Of a stretch of 64,000 nucleotides of DNA, positions 10,035 through 18,451 are shown one piece after another. Origin of the DNA: Anaeromyxobacter sp. (GTDB lineage: Bacteria; Myxococcota; Myxococcia; Myxococcales; Anaeromyxobacteraceae). The notes under the pieces are model-generated. The model ran no database searches. It was not told the origin of the DNA and saw nothing but the letters and a program-made list of their open reading frames with translations. The stretch's first letter is position 1; each line of letters opens with the position of its first letter. The translations under genes and the position numbers were made by a program. The DNA is taken from the NCBI GenBank assembly GCA_049840735.1, contig JASGJN010000022.1:672001-736000 (forward strand), written 5' to 3'.

Positions 10035-10428
10035 GTACCCTCCTCGTCTTCGTTTGACGCCGTACGGTCTAGATAGCCCTCTAGCGAGGGGGCTGGACGC
10101 CCGCCGGTATCCTGGCGGCCTACTTGGACTCGATCCCATTTGACGCGCGCTGCCTCTGAGAGCAGCGTTGGCGGAGCGGGACCTTTCGAGGTACCCTGCG
10201 CGTACTCATGGACCGCGCACGCGAGTGCCGCCACGAACAGAAGCAGGTTCATGGCGCAGAGCGTACCCTGCGTCGGGCCGGCTGGTGGCCGATATTGACC
10301 GCTGCGCCGTCAACGTTCGGCGACTCCAAGGACGAGTGGGTATGGCCGCGGGCCTTGGCATCCCCGGAGCGCGGTAGCGGCAAGACCTCTGCGAAGTCGG
10401 TGACCAGGGGCGTCCGGAATCGGAGGGG

Positions 10429-10468
10429 GCTGGCCTGGTCGCCGCCGGACGTGTTGGCCGGCTGGCCC
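10429..10468 (+). repeat. Direct repeat of radC-internal segment 9073-9112
   Basis: 38/40 identical by direct comparison (GCTGGCCTGGTCGCCGCCGGACGTG[C/T]TGGCCG[C/G]CTGGCCC). Confidence 0.85.
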
Positions 10469-10612
10469 AGGCGGCGGCCTGGTGGCCGCCTTTAGCCGGG
10501 GCCGCAGCAGGTGCCTAGTCGCCGCGCGTTCACCGCAGGTCTGCTACCATCGCTCCTCCCAGGCGGCCGGCAGGCCCTGGGGTCACACCAGGAGCGACTG
10601 CGGAGTCGTCAC

Positions 10613-10942
10613 ATGGAGCTGTCAGCCATCCCCTTCGGCACCACCGACTGGTCCACCGTGGAGCAGACCGAGCACGCCGGCGAGACCGGCCTCGCCACCT
10701 GGCGCACGCGCCGGTTCGGAGCCGTCCGCGTGCGGATGGTGGAGTACACGCCCGGCTACAAGGCCGACCACTGGTGCTCGAAGGGACACATCCTGCTCTG
10801 CCTGGAGGGCGAGCTGCACACCGAGCTGGAGGACGGACGCGTCTTCACCCTGCGCCCCGGCATGAGCTACCAGGTGGCCGACAGGGCCGAGCCGCACCGC
10901 TCCTTCACGGCGGTGGGCGCGCGGCTGTTCATCGTGGACTAG
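10613..10942 (+). CDS. DHCW-motif cupin-fold protein
   Basis: IPFGTTDW..V...EH.GETG.A.W, VEYTPGYKADHWCSKGH, GMSYQV. Confidence 0.92.
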   Translation: MELSAIPFGTTDWSTVEQTEHAGETGLATWRTRRFGAVRVRMVEYTPGYKADHWCSKGHILLCLEGELHTELEDGRVFTLRPGMSYQVADRAEPHRSFTAVGARLFIVD

Positions 10943-11000
10943 GCACGGGCTCAGGCGCGAGGTCGGTCGCGTCCCGCCGCCGGTAGGGTACGCTCGCGCG

Positions 11001-12348
11001 ATGGACCCCGGCCTCGGCCCCCTCGAGTTCATCAAGCGGCCGCCGCGCAGCGCGGCGGTGCTGTTCGGCGTATTCACGCTGGTCGCGGTCGCAGGCGTGG
11101 CCTGGACGGGCAGCCACTTCCGGACCGCCCAGGACGCGCCGGCATTCCTGGGGAGCCTGGTCGCTGCCGTCGCGCTCGGCACGCTCCTGTGGATTGGCGG
11201 GTTCCACCTCCTGGCGCTTCCACCGCGACGGCGTGGTGGCGCGGCGGATGGGGAAGACCACCGTGCTGCGCTACTCGGACGTGATTGCGTACGCCTACCA
11301 GGAGCTCGAGGGCGGCGTGCGGCTGCCGGACGTCTGGGCGATGACGCTCCACGGCCGCCGCGGCGAGCGGGTCCAGGTCCGGGTGCAGCCGGACCTGAAG
11401 CGCGAGCTGGAGCTGCCGGCGCTCCACGCTCGGCTCCTCCCGACGCTGGTGGCGCAGCTGCGCAACCTCTCGCCCGAGGGGCTGGAGTGGGGGCCGCTGC
11501 GGCTGCGGCGCGAGGGGCTGCGGCTGCCGGATGGCCGAATCGTGGCCTACGGCCCGGAGCTGGGCACACGCAGCGCGACGTCGGCCGGAGGGCGCGGGCT
11601 GGAGGTGCTGTTCCGCGGGCAGCCGGTGGCGACGCTCGAGCCTGGCACGCTCAACCTGCACCTGGGCTTCGAGCTGCTGCGGGAGCGGGTGTCGGGGCGG
11701 GCCGCCCAGGACGTGGCGCCGCGCGCGACCGCGGAGGCCAGCGCCGCGCGAACGGCCAAGGACGTCCGCGAGCGGCAGCTGGGCTGGGTGCTGGCCGTCT
11801 TCTTCCTGGTCGCGACGGTCGGGGAGGGCGCGCTGTACGTGAGCACGCAGCGCGAGCTGCGCGCGCTGGGCGAGGCCCCACGGCCGATGACCGTCGCGGA
11901 GGCGGCCCAGCTCGGCGAGGATCTGCAGTGGGTGGAGCTCTCCGAGGGGCTGGAGGTGAGGTGCGATCAAGGGCTCCAGAAGTCGAGCCAGGGCTCGGTG
12001 CTGGACACCAGCTACCTCGCCAGCGACGAAGCGGGCGCGCGCTGGTTCTACGTGAAGCTCAAGGGCGAGGCGTCCTGCGAGCAGGCCAGCGCCCCTGGCC
12101 TGGTCGGGCTCGCGAAGCGGGCGTCGTCCGGGCTGCCGGACTGGCTGAGGAAGCGCGGGCTCGCGGTCGAGCCCGGGGTCCAGCAGCTCGTGGAGCTGGA
12201 GGTGGACGGCGGACCGGAGACGGTCGGGCGGGGCCTCTGGATCTACGGCGGGGGAGCGGGGTTCTTCGCCCTGCTCCTGGGCTTCTCGATCTACGTGATC
12301 GTCTCGCGCCGCCCGCGCCCGGCAGCAGGCGGGCGCGCCCGAGCCTAG
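11001..12348 (+). CDS. Hypothetical multi-pass membrane protein; frameshift near 11215
   Basis: Two TM helices in the ORF 11001 frame continue into ORF 11194..12348, which has two more TM helices. Confidence 0.55.
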
Positions 12349-12760
12349 GAGCTGTCCCGAAATTCGAGCTTGAGGTTGTAGAGGAAGGCCACGGCGGCGA
12401 CCGTGGATCCGAGGTGTCGCCCCGCCGCCGGTGGTCCCGGAGGACGCGCCAGTCTTTGAGGCGAGCGAGGACGTGCTCGACCCGGGCGCGCTGTTTGCGG
12501 TGACGGCGCCAGGCGGCGTCGCGGACGATCCGGTTGTGACGGAAGACCGGGATGCGGAGGCCTCGGACTCCCCGGTATCCGCCATCGGCGAGGACGACAC
12601 GGTGGCCTCGGCAGAGCGCCTCGACGGCGGAGCCGCGGAAGTGGACGGGGTCGTTCCGATTGCCCGGGCCACCGGCGGAAGTGTCAAGGACGCGACAATC
12701 GCGGCTCCGCACCAGCACCTGGGCGTTACATGACCAGCGGAAGTTCTTGGAATTCGCTGC
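12345..12760 (-). pseudogene. IS5-family transposase C-terminal remnant
   Basis: SKNFRWSCNAQVLV, GNRND, VLADGGYRG, HRKQRARVEHVLARLKDWRVLRDHRRRG; ends FRDSS* after a frameshift; N-terminus missing. Confidence 0.8.
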
Positions 12761-12850
12761 GCGGGCGGGCTCTCGGGAGCAGCGGGTGGGTCGGGAGAGC
12801 GTGGGCGGGGATCACCTTCGACCCACGAACGCCTTGGGCGCGCCAATCCA

Positions 12851-12866
12851 CTGAACAAGATGTCAG
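12851..12866. promoter_or_regulatory. Candidate LexA-type box upstream of TnpB-like fragment
   Basis: CTGAACAAGATGTCAG is CTG-N10-CAG; its reverse complement ends GTTCAG, like the myxobacterial LexA motif as I recall it. Confidence 0.3.
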
Positions 12867-12913
12867 GGCCTGGGTTCACGATGAGCGGGTGAGCGCGTCT
12901 GCCAAGCGAACCC

Positions 12914-13357
12914 GTGGTCCGAAACCGGCAGCGCCCTTGGACCCGCCGGCCCGAGGACGGGGTGTCGGTGCTCCGGCTCGCACTGGACCTCCACGACCCG
13001 GTGCAGCGACGACGGCTCGAAGGGATCTTCTCCGGGGCCTACCAGGTCCGGCGAGCGCTCCAGCGGACGGCGCGGGACCGGGTGCGGGCCTACTGGGCGG
13101 CCACGAAGGCACGGGACCGGAGTGCCTCCGAGACCCGGGCCAGGCTCGGCCTCTCGCGCGAGGCGCTGGAGCAGGCGGCCTACGCCCACCTCGACGCGGC
13201 GCCCCACCTCCGACGGAACGTCACCAAGGCGCTGGCGATGCACCTCGCCGACTCGGTCTGGACGCCGGTGGAGCGCCACCTGTTCCCGGACACGAAAGGC
13301 AAGCGGCAGGGACTTCTCCGCGTCGGGCGCTGGTTCGACTTCTCACGGCTTCCTGGC
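12914..13357 (+). pseudogene. N-terminal fragment (~148 aa) of a large TnpB-like / type V-U-like protein; no RuvC
   Basis: VSVLRLALD...VRRALQR...YWAA...RLGLSREALE...TKALAMHLADSVW..VERHLF.D..GKRQG..RVGRWFDFSRLPG resembles the N-terminus of TnpB-related 'transposases'; similarity stops at the IS right end. Confidence 0.55.
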
Positions 13358-13387
13358 TTCGCCAATTGGCGAATTGTGGGACAACTC

Positions 13388-14023
13388 TTAGCTACCGAGC
13401 CCGAGCCGCTCGGCAACCACTGGATCCGCCGGCAGGTAGACGCGCTCGCGCGGGAGCATCAGGCGGCTGGCGCCGTCCTTCACGTTGTCGCGCTGCTCGG
13501 CCACGAAGGACGAGATGTCCAGGATCTCCAGCGTCTCCTTCGTGCCGTACGCGGCCAGCGTGGCGCGGCGCAGCCCCAGCTGCAGCGCGCGCCGCTCGCA
13601 GGGCTGGCCGGTGGGGCGGTGGTCGGGGTCCCACTGCAGCCGGACGTCGGAGGCGGCCACCGCCGCCTGCCAGGACTTCTCGTCGGCGTAGCCGGAGCCG
13701 CGGAAGGAAGAGGGGACCGCCGCGGCCAGGAGCGCGTCGAAGAAGGTGCGCCTGAGGCGGACGGCCAGCACCACGGTCTGGTTCTCCGAGCGGCCCCAGT
13801 CGCTGCGGTACATCATCCAGAGGAAGTTGGGCTTCACCCAGCTCATCCGGTCGTAGCTGAACTCGCCCCCGAAGCGGCCGTGCTTGGCGGCGAACCGGCC
13901 GATGGCGGGCGCGTACGCCTGGTACACCACGACGGTCTCCGCGTCGTGCTGGGCCAGGATGTGCCGGCCGGTGGCGGGCCACTCGTCGCGCTGGACGAGG
14001 TAGGGGGCGGTCTCGAGCTTCAC
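13388..14023 (-). CDS. DUF4291 family protein
   Basis: VVVYQAY...I, FSYDRMSWVKPNFLWMMYRSDWG, VRLQWDPD, RRALQLGLR. Confidence 0.9.
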   Translation of the reverse strand: MKLETAPYLVQRDEWPATGRHILAQHDAETVVVYQAYAPAIGRFAAKHGRFGGEFSYDRMSWVKPNFLWMMYRSDWGRSENQTVVLAVRLRRTFFDALLAAAVPSSFRGSGYADEKSWQAAVAASDVRLQWDPDHRPTGQPCERRALQLGLRRATLAAYGTKETLEILDISSFVAEQRDNVKDGASRLMLPRERVYLPADPVVAERLGLGS

Positions 14024-14188
14024 TTCCTGGTCTCCGTGGGCGGGCGGCACGGGTACCACGAACGGCCTGTCCGCGCGACCTCGGGGCCGGAGCCCGCCGG
14101 CGGGGCGTGCGCGGCTGCACGCCCCCGGCGCAGGAGCGCGCGTTCCGCTCGCGGCGCCCCCCGGCTGAATCGGGGCCAGGAGGAAGCC

Positions 14189-14482
14189 ATGTCCCGCTCG
14201 CTCGCAGCCGTCCTGCCGCTTCGCCGCGCCCGCCATGCCGAGGAGCCACCGCGGCGCCAGCCAGAGTCCTTCGCGCTGGCGGAGTGGACGGTCCGGGCGA
14301 TAGACGTGCGCCCGCGCCGGCCGATCGTCGTCACCTGCCGCTCGGGCGAGCTGCTGGTGACCTTCGAGGGCGACGAGGTGGATCACATCGTGCCGGCTGG
14401 CGAGGCCTTCCGCATGGATCGGCCCGGCCGGCTGGTGGTGGCGGCGCTCAGGCCGAGTCGGGTGGAGGTGAGCGGGGGGTGA
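14189..14482 (+). CDS. DUF2917 family small protein
   Basis: AGGAGG RBS; VTCRSGELLVTFEGDEVDHIV.AGE.F....GRLVV.AL. Confidence 0.8.
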   Translation: MSRSLAAVLPLRRARHAEEPPRRQPESFALAEWTVRAIDVRPRRPIVVTCRSGELLVTFEGDEVDHIVPAGEAFRMDRPGRLVVAALRPSRVEVSGG

Positions 14483-14518
14483 GAGCGGCCTTCAACTGCC
14501 TCGGCGCTCAGGGCCTGG

Positions 14519-14566
14519 GCTTCGACTCCGCGAGCCCTGCGGGCTCGCTACGCTCAGCCCGAACGG
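14519..14566 (+). repeat. REP-like element with internal hairpin, at the head of the tandem array
   Basis: CTTCGACTCCG-[CGAGCCCTGCGGGCTCG]-CTACGCTCAGCCCGAACGG. Confidence 0.75.
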
Positions 14567-15033
14567 TGTTGGCAAGGTCGGCCTTCCACGGCTCTTCTGC
14601 AGGCTCAGCCCGAACGGTGTTGGCAAGGTCGGCCTTCCACGGCTCTTCTGCAGGCTCAGCCCGAACGGTGTTGGCAAGGTCGGCCTTCCACGGCTCTTCT
14701 GCAGGCTCAGCCCGAACGGTGTTGGCAAGGTCGGCGTTCCACGGCACTTCTGCAGGCTCAGCCCGAACGGTGTTGGCAAGGTCGGCCTTCCACGGCACTT
14801 CTGCAGGCTCAGCCCGAACGGTGCTGGCAAGGTCGGCCTTCCCGGCTCTTCGGCAGGCTGAGCCCGAACGGTGTTGGCAAGGTCGGCCTTCCACGGCACT
14901 TCTGCAGGCTCAGCCCGAACGGTGTTGGCAAGGTCGGCGTTCCACGGCACTTCGGCAGGCTGAGCCCGAACGGTGTTGGCAAGGTCGGCCTTCCACGGCT
15001 CTTCGGCAGGCTCAGCCCGAACGGTGTTGGCAA
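14552..15033 (+). repeat. Tandem array of about 9.5 x 51-bp units
   Basis: Unit GCTCAGCCCGAACGGTGTTGGCAAGGTCGGCCTTCCACGGCTCTTCTGCAG starting at 14552, 14603, 14654, 14705, 14756, 14807 (50 bp), 14857, 14908, 14959 and 15010 (partial). Confidence 0.95.
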
Positions 15034-15110
15034 AGACCGGCCTCCCCACGCCCTTCGGTCGGCTCGGGTCGCACGGGGTTCCACGGCGGGTGCAGCCCCG
15101 CCGCCGTTCC

Positions 15111-15461
15111 TCACCCCGCCCGCAGCCCGGCCACATGCGCCTCGAGCCGGTCCCGCGCGCCGGGATCCGACATCACGCGGATGTGGGCGCCGGCCACCTT
15201 CTCCAGCGCGGCCTGGCGGAGCGCGGGCGTCGCGCCGTGGCGGGCGTCGTAGCAGATGCGGAACGCGGCCTGCGCGGCCTCCGGCTCGGGGAGCCCGCCG
15301 TCGGCCAGGCCGAAGCCGACCACCGTCAGGTCGATGCTCTCCTGCTCGGTCATCCCGTCGATCCACTGCTCGAGCGTGGGCACCGGCCGGCGGCGCAGCG
15401 CTACCCAGGCCGCGGAGGCGGCGAGCAGGACGACCACGGCGATGACCAGCGCTGTCGGCAC
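15111..15461 (-). CDS. Small hypothetical protein with N-terminal TM helix
   Basis: Hydrophobic N-terminus (ALVIAVVVLLAASAAWVAL), GC3-rich codons, downstream of fadL on the same strand. Confidence 0.55.
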   Translation of the reverse strand: MPTALVIAVVVLLAASAAWVALRRRPVPTLEQWIDGMTEQESIDLTVVGFGLADGGLPEPEAAQAAFRICYDARHGATPALRQAALEKVAGAHIRVMSDPGARDRLEAHVAGLRAG

Positions 15462-15575
15462 GGGCCGCAGCGTACCGCGCGCGAGCGCTCGCTCGCACGC
15501 TCGCGGCTGTCCCGTGATCGGGTGGACGGTGCGTGTGGGCGGATATCGATCCGCGCGGCTACCTGGCGCGCGTGC

Positions 15576-16932
15576 TCAGCCCTTCCAGCCCGCCTGCACC
15601 ACCACCACGTTGGCGCTGCCCTCCACGCTGCCCACCAGCCGGTCGCCGGTGGCGCCGGGCTGGTCGATGTGCGAGGTGCCCAGCATCTGCACCCGCTGGT
15701 ACACGGCGCCGAGGGAGAAGCCCTTGCCGAAGGAGGCCTTGCCGCCGGCGCCCACCAGGAGCGAGTCGCGCTCGGGCAGCGTGGCCTGGCGGTACTTGTC
15801 GGTGATGGGGCTCTGCTCGTAGGCGGCGCCGCCGAACAGGTCCAGCCAGGGCTTCGCCGCCCAGATGGCGCCCAGCGAAGCGCGGAAGGCGTTCCGGAAG
15901 CCCTGCTTCGACTGGACGTCGAGCCCGTTGGCCGGGTCGTCCGGCTTGAGCTCCACCGTGTCGAAGCGGCCCCAGGTCGTGTACTGGAAGGCGGCGTCGA
16001 GCGTCACGCCGTGGCCCAGCGCCTGCTCGGCGCTGACGGTGAGGAAGTCGGGGAAGGGGAGGTCCACCGACGAGCCGGGCTCGCCGGTGAACCCGAGCAC
16101 GGCCAGCGCGGCGGGGTCGAAGCTCTGGTGCCCCTTCACGTGCCCCTCGCTCTCGTGCCGGTAGGCCACGCCGAGGGTGGTGCCGGCGGCGGGCTGGAAG
16201 GTGAGGCCGGCGGTGATCGTCCAGCCCCAGCCGTCGCCGGTGAAGCGGGCGTAGCCGTCCGAGCCGCCGGGCGTGAGCCCCTGGCCGGCGCAGGTGCCGA
16301 GGGGATCGGGATCGCCGGCCCCGGCCGCCTGGGCCACGCAGATGGAGCCCAGGTCCAGCGCCTGCCCGATGGTGGCGTGGTCGCGCCGCGCGGCCGCGCT
16401 CACGCCGACGGCGAAGCGCGGGTCGATGCGCCAGGCCAGGGCCGGGCCGAAGGAGAGGGCGGTGATCTCCCGACTCGACCCCCTGGTAGCGGCCGTAGAA
16501 GCCGGCGTCGCGGCCGTAGTCGGTGGCCTGGCCGAAGGGCGCGGCCACGAAGAGCCCCAGCGCCAGCTGCGGCGAGAGCCGGTGGGAGGCGAAGAGCCAG
16601 GGGGAGCCGCCGGTGCCGGCGCCGTCGGCGTTCGCGCCCGGCAGCGGCATGCCGCCCTCCAGCAGCGTGGAGCCGCCGTCGGTGTAGGGGGCGGAGGCGG
16701 CGATGAGCTGCCCGCCGACCACCACCTGCGTGCCGTCCAGCGACGCCAGGATGGCTGGGTTGGCGAACAGGCCGGCCGGGTCGCGGGTGGAGGCCGCGGC
16801 CGCGCTGGCGGTGCCGTTGGAGTAGAGCCCCTGGATGTCGAGGGCGAAGCCGTTGGCCCGGGCGGCGGCCGGCGCGAGCAGCGCCACGGCGAGGAGCAGG
16901 GAGCAACGGAGCGAGGCCGTGCGCTGGTGCAT
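15576..16932 (-). CDS. fadL: OmpP1/FadL/TodX-family outer-membrane channel for hydrophobic molecules; frameshift near 16470
   Basis: Signal peptide, then NGFAL...G.A.A.....D......NPA hatch motif, APFG..TDY, P.LAWRI, YEQSP...RQATLP. Confidence 0.88.
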
Positions 16933-16996
16933 GGCGAGTCCTCTCGTCGGCGGCGCCGCCGGGTCATGCCGGCGGGGCGGTGCCCGTTGGACCCGA

Positions 16997-17029
16997 AGGC
17001 TAGAGGGTCAATCTGTACAACGTCAAGAT
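16997..17029 (-). promoter_or_regulatory. fadL promoter with TetR-type operator
   Basis: Minus strand TTGACG-N18-TAGCCT; overlapping imperfect palindrome ATCTGTACAACGTCAAGAT (17011-17029). Confidence 0.6.
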
Positions 17030-17688
17030 GACCGGTCGGAGCGTGGGGTCTTCCGGCCCCGGGGGCGCGCCCGGCGGGCGGGCGGCTCCGGCTCGCCGCA
17101 CAGCTGCGAGGCCAGGGCCGCCTGCAGCAGCTGCCGGGGCGGGGTGCGGGCCAGGATCGTGTGTGGGATCTGGCGGTTGGTGAGGAGCGAGACCAGGCCG
17201 TGGGTCACCGACCAGAGCCCCACCGCCACCGTCTCGGGCGGCCCGGCCGCCACCACGCCCGCCGCCTGGCAGCCGCGCACCAGGTCCACCAGCGCCTCGA
17301 AGCTGCCGTTCGCCATGGTCATGTAGTCCGGGTGATCGTGCTCCTGCTCCATGGCGTTGGAGAAGGTCACCCGGTAGAGGTCGGGCTGCTCCAGCCCGAA
17401 GCGGACCGTCTCCCAGGCGGCCTCCTGCAGCTGCCGGCGCGGGTCGCCGGCGTGCTTGCGGACCGCCCCGGCGATCCGCTCGCGCACGACCCGGAGCCCC
17501 TCGGTGGAGATGGCCGCCACCAGCGCCTCCTTGTCGGGGAAGTGCGCGTACGGGGCCGAGTGGCTGACGCCGGCGCGGGCGGCCACCCGCCGGAGGGTCA
17601 GGCTCCCCACTCCCTCGTGGGCCAGCAGCTCCGCGCCGGCGCGGATCAGCGCGTTCTTGAGGTCACCGTGGTGGTACGGCTTCCGCAT
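17023..17688 (-). CDS. TetR/AcrR-family regulator (YHHGDL N-terminus, WHG-type C-domain)
   Basis: YHHGDLKNALI, LTLRRVAARAGVSHSAPYAHFPDKEAL HTH, WSVTHGL. Confidence 0.95.
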   Translation of the reverse strand: MRKPYHHGDLKNALIRAGAELLAHEGVGSLTLRRVAARAGVSHSAPYAHFPDKEALVAAISTEGLRVVRERIAGAVRKHAGDPRRQLQEAAWETVRFGLEQPDLYRVTFSNAMEQEHDHPDYMTMANGSFEALVDLVRGCQAAGVVAAGPPETVAVGLWSVTHGLVSLLTNRQIPHTILARTPPRQLLQAALASQLCGEPEPPARRARPRGRKTPRSDRSS

Positions 17689-17702
17689 GGGTCGCTCCGC
17701 CG

Positions 17703-17751
17703 ATATTGACAGTGTCTAGATCGTTCTCTAACGTCCAGACCACGTCAACCT
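17703..17751 (+). promoter_or_regulatory. Sigma-70 promoter and two TetR-type operator copies in the divergent tetR/aldolase intergenic region
   Basis: TTGACA(17706)-N17-TAACGT(17729); palindrome ATATTGACAGTGTCTAGAT (17703-17721) and degenerate GTCCAGACCACGTCAACCT (17733-17751). Confidence 0.7.
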
Positions 17752-17765
17752 ACCGCGGGGAGCGC

Positions 17766-18451
17766 ATGCCGTCCATGGTCCCGAGAGGCTGCAGGTGGTG
17801 GAGGCCGCCCGGCGCCTGTCCGCCAGGGGTTACCTGGTGGCCACCGGCGGGAACCTGTCGGTCCGCCTGCCGGGCCAGGCCGCCTTCGCCATCACCCCCA
17901 CCAACCTCGACTACGGCCAGATGACCGCCGAGGACGTCTGCGTCCTCGACCTCTCGCTGACGAAGCTGGCCGGCGAGCGGGTGCCCTCCATCGAGAGCTC
18001 GCTCCACGCCGCCATCTACCAGGCGCGCCCGGACGTGAACGCGGTGGTCCACACGCACCAGGCCTACGCCAGCGCGCTGGCCCTGATCGACGCGCCCATC
18101 CCCGCGCTCTTCGACGAGCAGGTCCGCTTCCTGGGGCGCTCGGTCGAGATCGTCTCCTACGGCCCCTCCGGAACCGGCGTGCTGCGCCGCGCCGTCGCGC
18201 GCGCGGTCCGCAGCCACGCCAACGCCTACATCATGAAGAACCACGGCGCCGTCTGCCTGGGAACGGACCTGACCCGCGCCGAGAACAACGTCGAGCTGCT
18301 GGAGAAGTGCGCCCTCGCCTACCTCCTGGCGCTCTGCACCGAGCGGAAGGTCAGCAGGATCCCGCTGGTCGTCCGCGAGGTGGCCTTCCACAAGCTCCGC
18401 TCCGACCAGCGCCAGGCCGAGGCGGAGGCGCAGTCCCGAGGCACGCCGTGA
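17766..18451 (+). CDS. Class II aldolase/adducin family (L-fuculose-1-phosphate aldolase-like); probable 1-bp loss just after the ATG
   Basis: GGNLSVR, ITP, PSIESSLHAAIY.ARPD..AVVHTH, NHG (catalytic Glu and Zn-His triad); GGGGAG RBS before ATG 17766; in-frame GTG at 17795. Confidence 0.88.

Larger units (their letters stand above)
12348..13388. mobile_element. Defective IS5-family (DDE_Tnp_4/ISL2-like) element with TIRs and TA duplication, carrying a TnpB-like fragment
   Basis: Left GAGCTGTCCCGAAATT (12349-12364) vs reverse complement of right end GAGTTGTCCCACAATT (13372-13387), 13/16; flanks C-TA|...|TA-G. Confidence 0.8.

Noticed and set aside
10004..10252. 82-aa minus-strand ORF with a hydrophobic start in the lower-GC insert
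   Set aside because: No recognisable motif or RBS, and it overlaps the better-supported ORF starting at 10034; it cannot be supported as a gene.
14552..15033. CRISPR array or other guide array paired with the nearby TnpB-like fragment
   Set aside because: Units are near-identical over all 51 bp, so there are no unique spacers. There are no cas genes, and the TnpB-like gene is truncated and separated from the array by two unrelated genes.
14107..15252. Repeat proteins encoded by ORFs crossing the array (SAGSARTVLARSAFHG..., ANTVRAEPAE...)
   Set aside because: A 51-bp unit keeps several frames open by chance. The ORFs overlap real genes, lack convincing starts and shift frame at the 50-bp unit.
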